DNA from: Macrostomum lignano
Lineage: Eukaryota
Length of the DNA: 64,000 bases
Direction of reading: 5' to 3'
Assembly: GCA_002269645.1 (NCBI GenBank)
Contig: NIVC01002560.1
Coordinates: 62,001 to 126,000 of the forward strand
Of this stretch, positions 1-10,175 are shown piece by piece. The notes below the pieces were generated by a model. It worked only from the letters and a program-made list of their open reading frames with translations. It made no database searches and was not told where the DNA came from. Position 1 is the first letter of the stretch, and each line of letters begins with the position of its first letter. The position numbers and the translations under genes are program-made.

Positions 1-181
1 CTGATTCAGTGCTACTAAAACTGTCGAAATTGAATGTTGATTTATCAATTTTAATTACCCTTAGTTCAAGGCTAAACGCAAAAAGGTGTAGTGAATTGAC
101 AGCCAAGCCATCACCCGGAGAACTCGTAAGAGTCAACCACTCCATTCCTAACGCTCTGGACGAGTAAAGGTGACAGGTGCT

Positions 182-354
182 TGTAGTAACTGAGTCAGAG
201 GCCGTGTTTGCTGTGTAGCCAAACTCTTACAAATCTCGCCGCGCTGGGCACGCGTCTATATATTATGGAGTTAGAATTGGGGTGGCGGCACCCACCCCAC
301 TCCGCAGCCAATCAGACTGCCCGGGCGTACCATACTGTGCGTACGCACACTACA
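182..354 (-). repeat. 3' LTR (173 bp)
   Basis: Direct repeat of 4616-4788, adjacent to the PPT. Confidence 0.95.
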
Positions 355-578
355 TCTCTCCCCTTTCGAATAGAGACTGAGAGAGAAGAAAATCGATCTA
401 CGCGTAACTCGAAAATACAAAGTTCAAAAGATTCACCGATGATGCGCATTGAAAATGGAGATTAAAATATTGAGGAAATAAAATATTTGAATTGAATTTA
501 GCAAAAACGTAAAAAACTTCAGTCCGCATATTACGGAAAAGAAAGTCAGTTAATTTCAGTCATTGCAGGATTTCAAAT

Positions 579-1589
579 TCAGTCCTTGTAGATTTTCACG
601 CCCGCCCGAGCAGCGCGGGGGTGCGGGCGCAGCGCCACGGGGGAGGCGGGTGGATCTCGGGCCGCCTCGCCCGAAGCTCTCGGTGCAGCGGTCTGCGTCT
701 GGGCGCCGGCGTCGGCCAAGTCGGGGCTGACGACTTTGACCGCCGTGCAGTGCCGCCAGCAGGTCGTGCCGTCCCGGCGTAGCAGCAGCGAGTTGCCGGC
801 CACCCGCTGGACTGTCCAGGCACCGCTCTCGAATGGCGTCTGCGTCTTGCTGGCACCGACCCGCCGTCGTAGCACCGAGTCGCCGACCTGGACGTCGTGC
901 CGCCGTGGTCGCCTTTTTGCGTCCGCGTGCTGCTTCATCGCCGCCTTGGCGCCAGCGTCGGTTTCTCTCAGCCGCTGCTCGTTGATGCGGACTCGCTGGG
1001 ACGGCCGGGCGGTGGGGATGATGTCGTTTGGCCGCCGGCCCATCAGCAGCTCGGCTGGTGCGCGCCCGGTGGCCGTGTGCGGCGTGTTCCTGTAGGCCAG
1101 CAGCCACTCGTCCAGAGCGGTCCTCCAGTCCTTCCGCTCCTCGATGGCTGCTCGCACGACTTTGTTGATGGAGCGGTTCAGTCGCTCTGTCATGCCGTTG
1201 GCCGCTGGGTAGTAGGGCGTGATGAGGCGGTGCTTGATCCCGTAGCTCGCCAGGAACCGGCCGAACTCCTTGGACGAGAAAGGTGGTCCATTATCTGTCA
1301 CGAGCTCCTGTGGGATCCCGAAGCGGGCGAACATCTCTCGCAGGCAGGGAATCAATGCCTCGGCCGTCGTCGTCTGCATGAGCTGCACCTCCGGAAACCT
1401 TGAGTAGCGGTCCACGCACACCAGCAGCATGTTGTTGTTGATGGGTCCCACGAAATCGGCGCCGATCGACAGCCAGGCGCCCGCGGGGATCGGCGTCGGC
1501 TGCAGAGGCGTGGCCCGGACGGCTGGCGTGTGCGACGTGATGGCGCAGCTGCGGCATCGACTGACGAATTCCTCCGCTTGAGTTGCCAT
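579..1589 (-). CDS. Integrase portion of pol (same frame, downstream of the premature TGA)
   Basis: CRSC completes the HHCC motif. DDE triad in ADFVGP / TDNGPPF / NGMTERLN. In frame with 1599-4583 across ...TKV*WPRM... Confidence 0.9.
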   Translation of the reverse strand: MATQAEEFVSRCRSCAITSHTPAVRATPLQPTPIPAGAWLSIGADFVGPINNNMLLVCVDRYSRFPEVQLMQTTTAEALIPCLREMFARFGIPQELVTDNGPPFSSKEFGRFLASYGIKHRLITPYYPAANGMTERLNRSINKVVRAAIEERKDWRTALDEWLLAYRNTPHTATGRAPAELLMGRRPNDIIPTARPSQRVRINEQRLRETDAGAKAAMKQHADAKRRPRRHDVQVGDSVLRRRVGASKTQTPFESGAWTVQRVAGNSLLLRRDGTTCWRHCTAVKVVSPDLADAGAQTQTAAPRASGEAARDPPASPVALRPHPRAARAGVKIYKD

Positions 1590-1598
1590 CCTCGGCCA

Positions 1599-4583
1599 TC
1601 AGACCTTCGTGCAGAGTCTGGCGATCGTCTTCTGCGAGCACTGGTGCCCTTGATGCGCTAATTCGAGCATCTGCTGCCGCAGATCAGCTGGCACGACGAT
1701 TCGGTGGTGTCGAAGGAGGACCCCGTCAACCACAGACAGCTCCTCTCGCAGCGCGTGGAGCGAGCGCATCTCGGGGTTGGAGCGATCCCACCGACCGCCT
1801 TGCGTCGCCGCTATCGCCGCCCGGATAACTGGGTCGCTGGCAGAGCTCTTGCGGATGTCTTGGAGTGTCAGCGCCATCGGCACAGCCGCCTGCGCTACCT
1901 CGTTGATGTAGGCCTCCCTCCGCTGCTCGCCAAAACTTCCGTCGTGCTCGCTTAGGGGCTGCCTGCTGAGTACATCTGCAGCATTGGAGGCTCCCGGCTG
2001 ATACTCGACCTTGAACACTAGGTGCTGGATCCTCAGCGCCATTCGCTCGACTCGTGGAGGCGGCCGCGACCCAGGCGCGAACATGGCCGTCAGCGGCTTG
2101 TGATCAGAGACCACTGTGAACTGGGGCGATCCATGCAGGTAGTACTCAAACTTCAGGCAGCCGAACTTAACGGCGAGTGCCTCTTTCTCGGTCTGCGAAT
2201 ATCGCCGCTCGACATCGGAGAAGGTCCGGCTGGCGTATGCGACCGGCCTCGAGCTGCCGTCGCGCTGCACCTGCGCTAGGATGGCGCCCAGTCCGGTGGG
2301 CCCCGCGTCCACAATCAGCTGCGTGTGTAGCCGCTTGTCGTAAAAAGCCAGCGTTGTCGGCTCCGCGATGCTGCGCTTCAGCTGCTCAAAGGCGCTGGCC
2401 TGGTCGGCGCCCCACTGCCAGTCGACGGTCTTCCTGGTCAGGCGCCGCAGCGGCTCCGCCACCTTGGCCAGCTGTGGCGTGAACACGGCGAGGTAGTTCA
2501 CGAGGCCCAGGAATGAGCGAAGCTGCCCAATCGACTCGGGCTCCTTGAAGTCTTGAACGGCGGCGACCTTGCTCTCCGTGGCCTGGACCCCTTCCGCCGT
2601 GAGCCGCATTCCCATGAACTCGATGCTGCTGCGCGCCAGTCGGCATTTCCGAGCGTTCAGCGTGATGCCATGCTGCGCCAGGCGGGCCAGACATGCCTCG
2701 AGGCTGCTGTTGTGCTCCGCCATCGTGCGGCCGAACACGACCACGTCGTCGTGGATCCATTTGACGTTGGGCAGGCCAGCCAGCACTCGACTCATCACAT
2801 TCTGCAGGATCTCCTGGGAGGTGGACAGGCCCATGCACAGCCGGGTGAGACGGCGAAGCCCGCGAGGCGTCGAGAATGTTAGCAGGTTGCGGCATTTCTC
2901 GGCGACAGGCACCTGGTAGAACACCTTCGTGATGTCCAGCTCTGAGAACACAGTGCTGCCAGCCATGTCCCCGGTCACCTCCTCGAAAGTCGGAATCTGG
3001 TGTCGCTCGCGGATGACAAAGCGGTTGACATCGCGGAGGTCCTGCGTGATGCGCACCTCGCCCGGCTCCTTCTTGGGCACGACGACCATCCGCGCGACCC
3101 ACGGCGCCGGGCCGTCGACGGGCTCAATGATCCCGAGCTGCTCTAACAACTGCAGTTCCTTGTCCACCGCGTCTGCCAGGTGGATTGGCACCTTCGAAGG
3201 CGCATGGCAGACCGGGCGGGCGCTGTCGGTGAGGTGGATGTCGGCAGGCGGCCCGGTGAAGCAGCCGATTCCGCTGAACACGCTGGCGTGCTTGCGCAGC
3301 ACTCTGCCGATGTCCTCGACGTGTCCTTGAGGCACTCCGCTGGATCTCGTGCCGCTGAGAAGGCCATCGACCGCCGCCTCCGCTTCAGCGACCTGCAGCA
3401 CCTGCTGTCCGGCTGTCGGTGGTGGCCCGACCCGCAGGATGTCCATCTGAGTGGTCGTCTGCCTGCCGATGATGGTGATGCCTCTCCCTTCGACGACGTG
3501 GAACGTGGCGACTGCCTGCCGGCCGAAAATGCGGACGTCCATCGCCGCCTTGCCCAGCAGCTGCATCGGCCTGTCCGACCCGTACGCGAACAGCCTGTCC
3601 GAGGTGGTCTGCAGGTGCGGCCGCTGTCTCAGGCTCTCAAACGTGGCCCGGTTGATCACATTTCGAGCCGCACCGCTGTCGATCAACACCGACAGTCTGG
3701 AGCCGTTGATCTCGGCTATTGTGTGGGCCGACTGCTCACCCTGATCGACCTCGAACACGCCGGAGTCCGGGTGGTCCACCTTCTGGTAGCTGGTCTCGCC
3801 TTGCAGCGTTGCGACGGCGTCGGCGCCGCTCTGCGGGGCGCCCTGCTTGGACCTGCAGGCTCGCGCGAAGTGGCCCGGCTTCCCGCACTTTCTGCAGCTC
3901 TTGCCCTGCGCTGCGGTGCACGTGGGGTGCCCTGGCCTGCCGCAGCGATCGCACGATACGTGCTGCGTTGGTGTCTGCGGCATCTGTGGCTTCTGGTCTC
4001 TTCTGACTGCTGCGAGCTGCTGCGGTTCCCCTGGTCTGTCGCTCTCCATCGCGGTGGCCTGCTGCTCCGCGGCTTCTTTCGCCCTCGCCTTTTTGAGCAC
4101 ATCTGCCAGGGAGATATTGTTGGTCTGCAAGAAGTCTCTCCTGAGTCTCTCAGATTCGCAGTAGGCGACGATTTTGTCACGGATCAGCGAGTCTCTGAGG
4201 GTCCCGAACTCACACGGCTCCGCCGCCTTGCGCAGACGCTGATACCACTGGTCGATCGGCTCGCCAGGCTGCTGTCTGCAGGTCTCAAACTTGAAACGCA
4301 GGAACACAATGTTATTCTTCCCGTCCCAGAACGTCTGGATGTTTTTCGCGAGGCTGCTGTAGTCCTCTCCAGAGGCGATCTCGTTCTCTTCGACTACAGC
4401 CTGCAGCTCCTCTCCTGCGGCGTACAGCAGCAGCTGCTGCCCTCGAGTCTTGTCGGTGATTCCAGCTGCATTGATGTACGTGGCGAAGCGACGAGTCCAT
4501 GCAGTCCAGCGCTGTGCTGTGGAGTGGCAGTCGCTATCGATTGTAAACGGCCCGGGTGGCGCGAGTGAAATTTGCTGAGTCAT
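1599..4583 (-). CDS. Gag-Pol polyprotein (gag with two CCHC-type knuckles, aspartic protease, RT, RNase H, start of integrase Zn finger)
   Basis: 994-aa ORF with CDRCGRPGHPTC and CRKCGKPGHFARAC knuckles, LIDSGA protease motif, IHDD RT motif, VDAGPTGLGA and YSQTEKEALA RNase H motifs, HQGHQ start of HHCC. Ends at an in-frame TGA inside the integrase. Confidence 0.93.
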   Translation of the reverse strand: MTQQISLAPPGPFTIDSDCHSTAQRWTAWTRRFATYINAAGITDKTRGQQLLLYAAGEELQAVVEENEIASGEDYSSLAKNIQTFWDGKNNIVFLRFKFETCRQQPGEPIDQWYQRLRKAAEPCEFGTLRDSLIRDKIVAYCESERLRRDFLQTNNISLADVLKKARAKEAAEQQATAMESDRPGEPQQLAAVRRDQKPQMPQTPTQHVSCDRCGRPGHPTCTAAQGKSCRKCGKPGHFARACRSKQGAPQSGADAVATLQGETSYQKVDHPDSGVFEVDQGEQSAHTIAEINGSRLSVLIDSGAARNVINRATFESLRQRPHLQTTSDRLFAYGSDRPMQLLGKAAMDVRIFGRQAVATFHVVEGRGITIIGRQTTTQMDILRVGPPPTAGQQVLQVAEAEAAVDGLLSGTRSSGVPQGHVEDIGRVLRKHASVFSGIGCFTGPPADIHLTDSARPVCHAPSKVPIHLADAVDKELQLLEQLGIIEPVDGPAPWVARMVVVPKKEPGEVRITQDLRDVNRFVIRERHQIPTFEEVTGDMAGSTVFSELDITKVFYQVPVAEKCRNLLTFSTPRGLRRLTRLCMGLSTSQEILQNVMSRVLAGLPNVKWIHDDVVVFGRTMAEHNSSLEACLARLAQHGITLNARKCRLARSSIEFMGMRLTAEGVQATESKVAAVQDFKEPESIGQLRSFLGLVNYLAVFTPQLAKVAEPLRRLTRKTVDWQWGADQASAFEQLKRSIAEPTTLAFYDKRLHTQLIVDAGPTGLGAILAQVQRDGSSRPVAYASRTFSDVERRYSQTEKEALAVKFGCLKFEYYLHGSPQFTVVSDHKPLTAMFAPGSRPPPRVERMALRIQHLVFKVEYQPGASNAADVLSRQPLSEHDGSFGEQRREAYINEVAQAAVPMALTLQDIRKSSASDPVIRAAIAATQGGRWDRSNPEMRSLHALREELSVVDGVLLRHHRIVVPADLRQQMLELAHQGHQCSQKTIARLCTKV

Positions 4584-4615
4584 GATTTTTAAAGGTTCAG
4601 TTCTTGCGACGCCAT

Positions 4616-4788
4616 TGTAGTAACTGAGTCAGAGGCCGTGTTTGCTGTGTAGCCAAACTCTTACAAATCTCGCCGCGCTGGGCACGCGTCTATATATTTT
4701 GGAGTTAGAATTGGGGTGGCGGCACCCACCCCACTCCGCAGCCAATCAGACTGCCCGGGCGTACCATACTGTGCGTACGCACACTACA
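4616..4788 (-). repeat. 5' LTR (173 bp)
   Basis: Direct repeat of 182-354, adjacent to the PBS. Confidence 0.95.
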
Positions 4789-5051
4789 GTGCTCATGCTA
4801 AAGCGGCCTTATAGCTTGAGTTCGGCTGTTTTGCTCGATTTTGATAGCAAATTAAGCATCAATTTCACTAATGCTATGGAGTACATCTACAGTACAGGGC
4901 ATGAAAATGAAAGCATAAAATGCTTGAATGAGACAAGTATGTACACAAAGGCATGAACTTGTAACAAATCACCAGATACTAATTGTGAATGTTCGCGCGG
5001 TCTTGGGACAGTCGATTCAGTGTTTGCTTTGAGTCCTGCCTGCTCATTTCA

Positions 5052-6265
5052 TCATTCACCGCGAACGGTACTCAGATAGTCATTCCTGATCCAGATGCCG
5101 TCCCAGTCGCGGAAGGTGTTCAGGTTCAGTACCTGGCTGATGTTGCTCATTGAGAACAATGAGTAGTTCAGCTTGGTGAAGAACTCGACAATCTTGCGGA
5201 AGTTCGGCAAGAGCGACGCGAGCTGCGCGGGGTTGGGCCGCCAGATTTCCATCTGCACGGCGACGATCTTCTTCTCTTTGAACAGCCGCACGCCAGTGGA
5301 GAAGAAGATGTTCTCGCTGGTCTCGATGTCAGTCTTCATCACCAACAGCTCCGTGTGGACGCTGCTCAAGAGGTCATCGGCCTGGCCGGTCATCACTGGA
5401 ATCGTGTCCGTCATGCTGTCCCTGTTTGACGTTGCACCAGCCGGTGCCGAAGTTGAGGTACTGCAGCGACACGGATGCGAGGAAGAACATCCACAGCAGC
5501 TTCAGCTTCGAGTCGGCCATCCAGCCCATGTCACTGGCGGACATTCGAATTCTGACCAGGTTCCTGAAGTTCGCGTCCACGGCCACCGTGGGGATGCCGG
5601 CGTCCCTGGCCTGCAGGCAGTAGACACCGATGTTGCAGCCGATGTCCATGAGTGTGACGGAGCCCAGCGGGAACTTTTTCGCGATCGACAAAGTCAGGGA
5701 CACTTGGCCTCCTTCCCAGCCGTGCGATGTGATAATGCTGCCTGACACAATGTCTCCAGCAGGGTAGGTGTAAATGGTTACATGCCTGTTGGTCACGACA
5801 CTTTTTATGTAGGTTCTCAGAAGCTTCTTCGGCAGGTCGTCGCTGATCTCGCACGGTGGGAACTTGTTGTCAACCATTTTGTAGGCGGCCCGATTCTTGC
5901 AAAGTCGCTGGGCGAGTGCGGGGTGCTGGAAGTTGATGTCCCGGAGCTCCCAGTGCGCGGGGATCGGGTTGGCCTGATCCGCCAGCAGAGCGCTCAGCTG
6001 ATCGACGCTCTGCTGTTTCTTCTGATTCTACAAGGCGCCGTCCAGCCTTCTCACTTCCGTCGACTTCAAATACGAGCTGGTTTGTGAATGTCTTCAGCCG
6101 CTCGACTTCTCTTGGAAGCATGGACGAGTTCATCCGAACCAGGAAGCGCTTTAGAATGACTTGCACCGAGGCCTGGCCCTGGATGTTGCTCAGCAGCCAG
6201 GTGACGGCCGCCACGCAGCCGAGGGACAGAACGGCGATGATGATGACTGCCTGCTGGAATCGCAT
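5052..6265 (-). pseudogene. FkbM-family (Methyltransf_21-like) SAM methyltransferase with N-terminal signal/anchor, split over three reading frames
   Basis: Hydrophobic N-terminus AVIIIAVLSLGCVAAVTWLL. SAM motif I LMDIGCNIG. MKTDIETSE resembles KIDVEGxE. Frame changes near 6030-6075 and 5415-5500. The first could be a 46-nt GT-AG intron; no convincing intron explains the second. Confidence 0.6.
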
Positions 6266-6970
6266 GGCTGAGCAAGCAGCTTGAGCTTGATTTCACTAGC
6301 CCGGCGCTCCCCATGCGGCCTTTTAAAGCGGATAAAGTGGTTAAAAATATTTTGGTCCTCTGGAGAAAAACAAAAGCAATTGTTCCACGGTTTCTGCGAC
6401 CTGCTCTGTGTGTTCCTTCAATTGGTACTTTTGCGGGCCGCCTATGAGCGACTTGCTCCAGCTAATCCTCGAGCAAGGTGTGACGGGCGGAGGGCTGGGT
6501 AGCGCGGCCTGCCCCTGATAAGCCGCTGTGCGCAGATAGCCTGTCCAGCTCATGGCAGGGTCGCACGCTGAGCGGTGCTGCAGGATACCAGGTTCTGGCT
6601 CTACACGCTGAGTTCTACACTTTCAACCGCCTGAAGCCGGCTGCTGGAAAATCCGTTGGATTTAAAATTGCTGCTGTGCTCCTATTTATGCGCACGAATT
6701 CACAAAACTTAACAGCAGCTGATCTTGGTATTGTTTATGACAAATATGCTAGCCTGACCAGTTTAATCCTGCTGTTATTGTTTATGACAAATATGCAAGC
6801 TTCAAAACACTGGCACTATACCGATTAAAAGCTTTGCTATGAGACATTACTCAAATTACTCAATGATCATTTCATCTTTCTCTCCTGAGTCTTATAGTCA
6901 GGTGAACTGAAAATTGTAGACATTTGCTGCATGCGCAGTGTGAAGTCGCCTCATCAAACACTACACGTGG

Positions 6971-7185
6971 CTCACCAGGTGTGACTTTACGAGTAGCATT
7001 ATCAAGCACCCCACCTCACCAGGAGTGACTCTAGCCTCATCAATATATATTACCTCACCAGGAGTGACTCTAGCTTCATCAAATATTACCTCACCAGGAG
7101 TGACTCTAGCCTCATCAAAAACGAGCGTACTACCTCACCAGGTGTGACTCCAGCCTCATCAAAAACCAAATTTCGCTCACCAGGT
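6971..7185. repeat. Array of a ~30-bp unit (CCTCACCAGGAGTGACTCTAGCCTCATCAA) with variable 6-14 bp spacers
   Basis: Units start at about 7014, 7053, 7089 and 7133, with partial copies at 6971 and 7176. Confidence 0.8.
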
Positions 7186-7570
7186 AGGGCAGGAGACTCT
7201 TGTCTCAGGTTCGGTGCTGTTAAACGCAATAAAGAGCCGTCAAATCAGCACATCTACACGAAATTGCTGGCTATAAACTCGGTAAAGAAATCGAGCCTTT
7301 CCCGCCGGCCTTGATTTTTTTATTTGCAGGAATAAAAGGATAAAACGAGTTTCTCAGCTCACAGCTGTTTCAGTCGTTGAGAAATAAAAAGTGTCGCACA
7401 AAATATAAGCAAAGAGTAATTGCGGTGTTGACTAAAAAAATAACGAAGTTTTTTTTAACTTCGAGCTTATTGCACAGTAAGCTTACTTTAAGTAAAACAT
7501 GAAGTATTTATTGCACAGTAATAGTTAAAACATTGCACAAGGTCGCACTTTAAACAGCTGCCGCGGTCCG

Positions 7571-10175
7571 TCAGGCCTTCCTGTTCCGAACTTCGTTGCC
7601 GGCCTCCACAGTCACCGTGGGGGCGGCCCGGACTCGCGGATCGGCTGCTGCCGGCTGCAGGCTGGAGAGGCAAATTCGGTAGGCAAATTTGGCCGGTCTG
7701 ATTGCGCATGTCAGCCAAAAGTACCTGAAAACGTGTGCAAAAATGCAGGCCCGCGGCGACTCACCCGCCCGTGTTGGACCGACCGTTGATGACGAGCAGC
7801 GGGTTCGCCGCCGCGAGAACCTCCTCGTTTACGGACACGCCGTCCAGGTACTGTTTGAGCAGCGAGCGCAGCTGACCGTTCTCCACCTGCAGGGCGGAGC
7901 GCTCCTTCTCCAGGGCCAGCTTGTCCAGCAGGCCGCGGTTGTAGCGGCGCCAGAACTCCTCCAGGCCCCGGTACTTGCTCGCCGCCCTGGCCAGCGGCTC
8001 CAGCGGCTCCTCCTGGACAGCCGCACTGAGGTCCTCCTGCTCCTCCGGGGTCAGGGAGGACGCTGGGAACGGCAGCACCTTCTCCTCCTCCGTCTCCAGG
8101 CGGCGGCACATCTCGGCTGTATGAGCGGGAGGGGTTGCGGACGGTGCGATGCGCTTCATGTTAAACTGCCTCCAAAAAGGCAAAAGCAATTCCGAAACTT
8201 GCCGTATCTACCAACGCAGTTCTGGACCAGAAAGTTACCACTTGTTTAGGGCAAGGTGCAACAAGAGGCAGATGCCCCACCACAGCCATGGGGCTCGGAT
8301 GCCAGTAGAAAACCGGACTTAAAATTTTATCAGAGCGGCCATCTTCAATCGGAAGCTGTATCTGCAGCTGCATGAACATTGCCAGTCCTGCACTCACCGC
8401 TCTTCAAAATCCGATCGGCCTTGTCGTTCTGCGCGCGCAGTCCCTTGAGCGCCTCGTTGCTCTCCAGCGTCATCTTCGTGAGCCGCTGCCGCTGCTGATC
8501 CTTGATGCGGGCCATCTGCGCCTTCAGCTGCTGGAAGTGCAGCACCATCTTCTCTCGCTCCTCCTTCAGCATCCGGTTGCGCTCCTCGTACAGGCGGCTG
8601 TTGCTCGCCATCCGCTGCTTCAGGCTGCTCATGTCCGCGCCGATCTTCTGCAGCCGGCGCATCTGCCGGTCGATCTCCTTGGCTGAGGCCTCGTCCTTCG
8701 CCTTCAGATTCTCGAAGTTGAGCTTCTTCTCTCTGGTGGCCTCGTTGTAGGCCTTCTTGGCCTCGTTGAATTGGCGCCAATACTCGTCAACCTTCACCTC
8801 GAGCAGGACGCGCAGTGCGTGCTTTTCCTCGTTGTTCTGGGAACGCAAAAAAGTCATTGAGAGCGAGGGTACACTCAAAGCGGGGTGAAATATGCAGCTG
8901 AATCTGGGAGAATCTCTTATAGTGTGTGCAAATGAGTTGCATACTGAGCACTGCAAATTCCTGGGGTCTACGTGTGTACAAGCTCAAAATCTGCGGGTAC
9001 CCACCCGGTTCTTGATTTCATCGCGCATGCTGTGAAATTCGGTCCTGGCGTCAACCTCCTTCTCTGTGAAGTTCTCCTTCATGCCGAACATCACGTCCTG
9101 CAGGTCCTTCATCTCCGCTGCGTGCCGCTCCGCCACCCAGGCGGCCTCGGAGTCGAACTCTTCGCGGACCGTCTCCAGCTCGGCTCGGTACTCCTCGCCA
9201 AGCCGGCGCATCCGCTGAGCCTGGATGTCCACCAGGCGGTCCACGTTCTGCAGGTGCGCCCGCACCGCCAGATTCATCTGGCCGTCGGCCTCCTCAATGT
9301 CGCGGGCCAGCGACCGCAGGACGCTCTCCTTGCGGTCGACAACCCGCTCGAAAGTCTGGCTGAGGATCTCGATGTCCTTCCGCAGTTCGCGAGACTTCGC
9401 CTCGCGCATGATGTTGCGCCACTGGTGGTTCAGCTTGTGCAGGTTGAGCCTCGAGAATTTCTCCTCGTTTGTAATTTTTCCCTGCAGTGAGAGATAGTGT
9501 GATTCACTGGCTTCTTACCTGAGTATTTTTTTTTATTAGAGGCAGGGGGTTGTGTGCACCCTGGCGCACTTTAAGCGACATTGGCACACAACCGGCGAGA
9601 GGCATTACTGCCCATTCCGCCGACTCCCCTGAGCAGGCATACAAGCGCGCGGATACGTACGCAGGCACACACTCACACAGGAGTGTACAGCGGACCTAAC
9701 TTTATATTATCGTTAGGCATGTACACTTCACTGCGCCTTGGGGGGTTGGCTCTCAAGGCCGTTAATTGCACGAGCAGAGCCAAGTCGAGATTCCAATTCA
9801 GCCCCAAATTAATGTGACTGCACTTGGAATCGAGCCTGGGTCGCTGGCACACCAGAGCAGCTGCGCTACCGCTGGGCTACGGCCCCCCTTTCTTACCTGA
9901 GTACTGGTAGGTTTGTGCAGGAGGGAATAGAATAATACTACAGGGATGTCTAACCTAGCTAATCAATAGGATATAGCATGCACAACTCAGCTCACTTGCA
10001 GATACGCGCTCAGGAAGTCCTCGCGCTGCTTGCGGTACTCCTCCTCGGCCAGCCGCTGCTGCTCCAGGTAGATCATCCGCTCCTCCTCCGTCATGTTCCC
10101 GAGCCGGCCCTTGCCTCCGCCGCTCCGCGTGGAGCCGCCTTTGCGTCGCTTCCCGCCTTTGCCTTTGCCCGGCAT
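7571..10175 (-). CDS. CCDC65: Dynein regulatory complex subunit 2 (coiled-coil domain containing 65)
   Basis: Exons 9996-10175, 9005-9481, 8398-8836, 7765-8116, 7571-7661. All GT-AG and phase-consistent, 512 aa. Recognisable DRC2 motifs [49 protein letters not shown]. Confidence 0.93.
9526..9889 (-). mobile_element. tRNA-derived SINE, family A, copy 1 (DRC2 intron 1)
   Basis: A box TAGCCCAGCGG and B box GGCTCGATTCC, A-rich tail, 14-bp TSD TTCTTACCTGAGTA (9512-9525, 9890-9903). Near-identical to 36638-36943. Confidence 0.88.

Larger units (their letters stand above)
182..4788 (-). mobile_element. Full-length Ty3/Gypsy (Mag/K02A2.6-like) LTR retrotransposon
   Basis: Two 173-bp TG..CA LTRs (182-354, 4616-4788) differing at one base. 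5-bp TSD GTGCT (177-181, 4789-4793). PBS TGGCGTCGCAAGAA (4601-4614, minus) one base inside the 5' LTR. PPT GAAAGGGGAGAGA (355-367, minus). Domain order gag-PR-RT-RH-INT. Confidence 0.97.

Noticed and set aside
1599-1601. Programmed stop-codon readthrough
   Set aside because: The stop lies inside the integrase zinc finger at a conserved Trp, not at a gag/pol boundary.
556-4568. Many overlapping ORFs antisense or off-frame to gag-pol (e.g. 3180-4568 +, 462 aa)
   Set aside because: Shadow ORFs of GC-rich coding sequence with no recognisable motifs.
6971-7185. CRISPR array
   Set aside because: Spacers are only 6-14 bp, there are no cas genes, and the context is eukaryotic.
9820-9889. tRNA gene (also 36638-36710 and 55505-55571)
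   Set aside because: No complete cloverleaf. Each continues into a shared body with a tail and TSD, so these are SINE heads.
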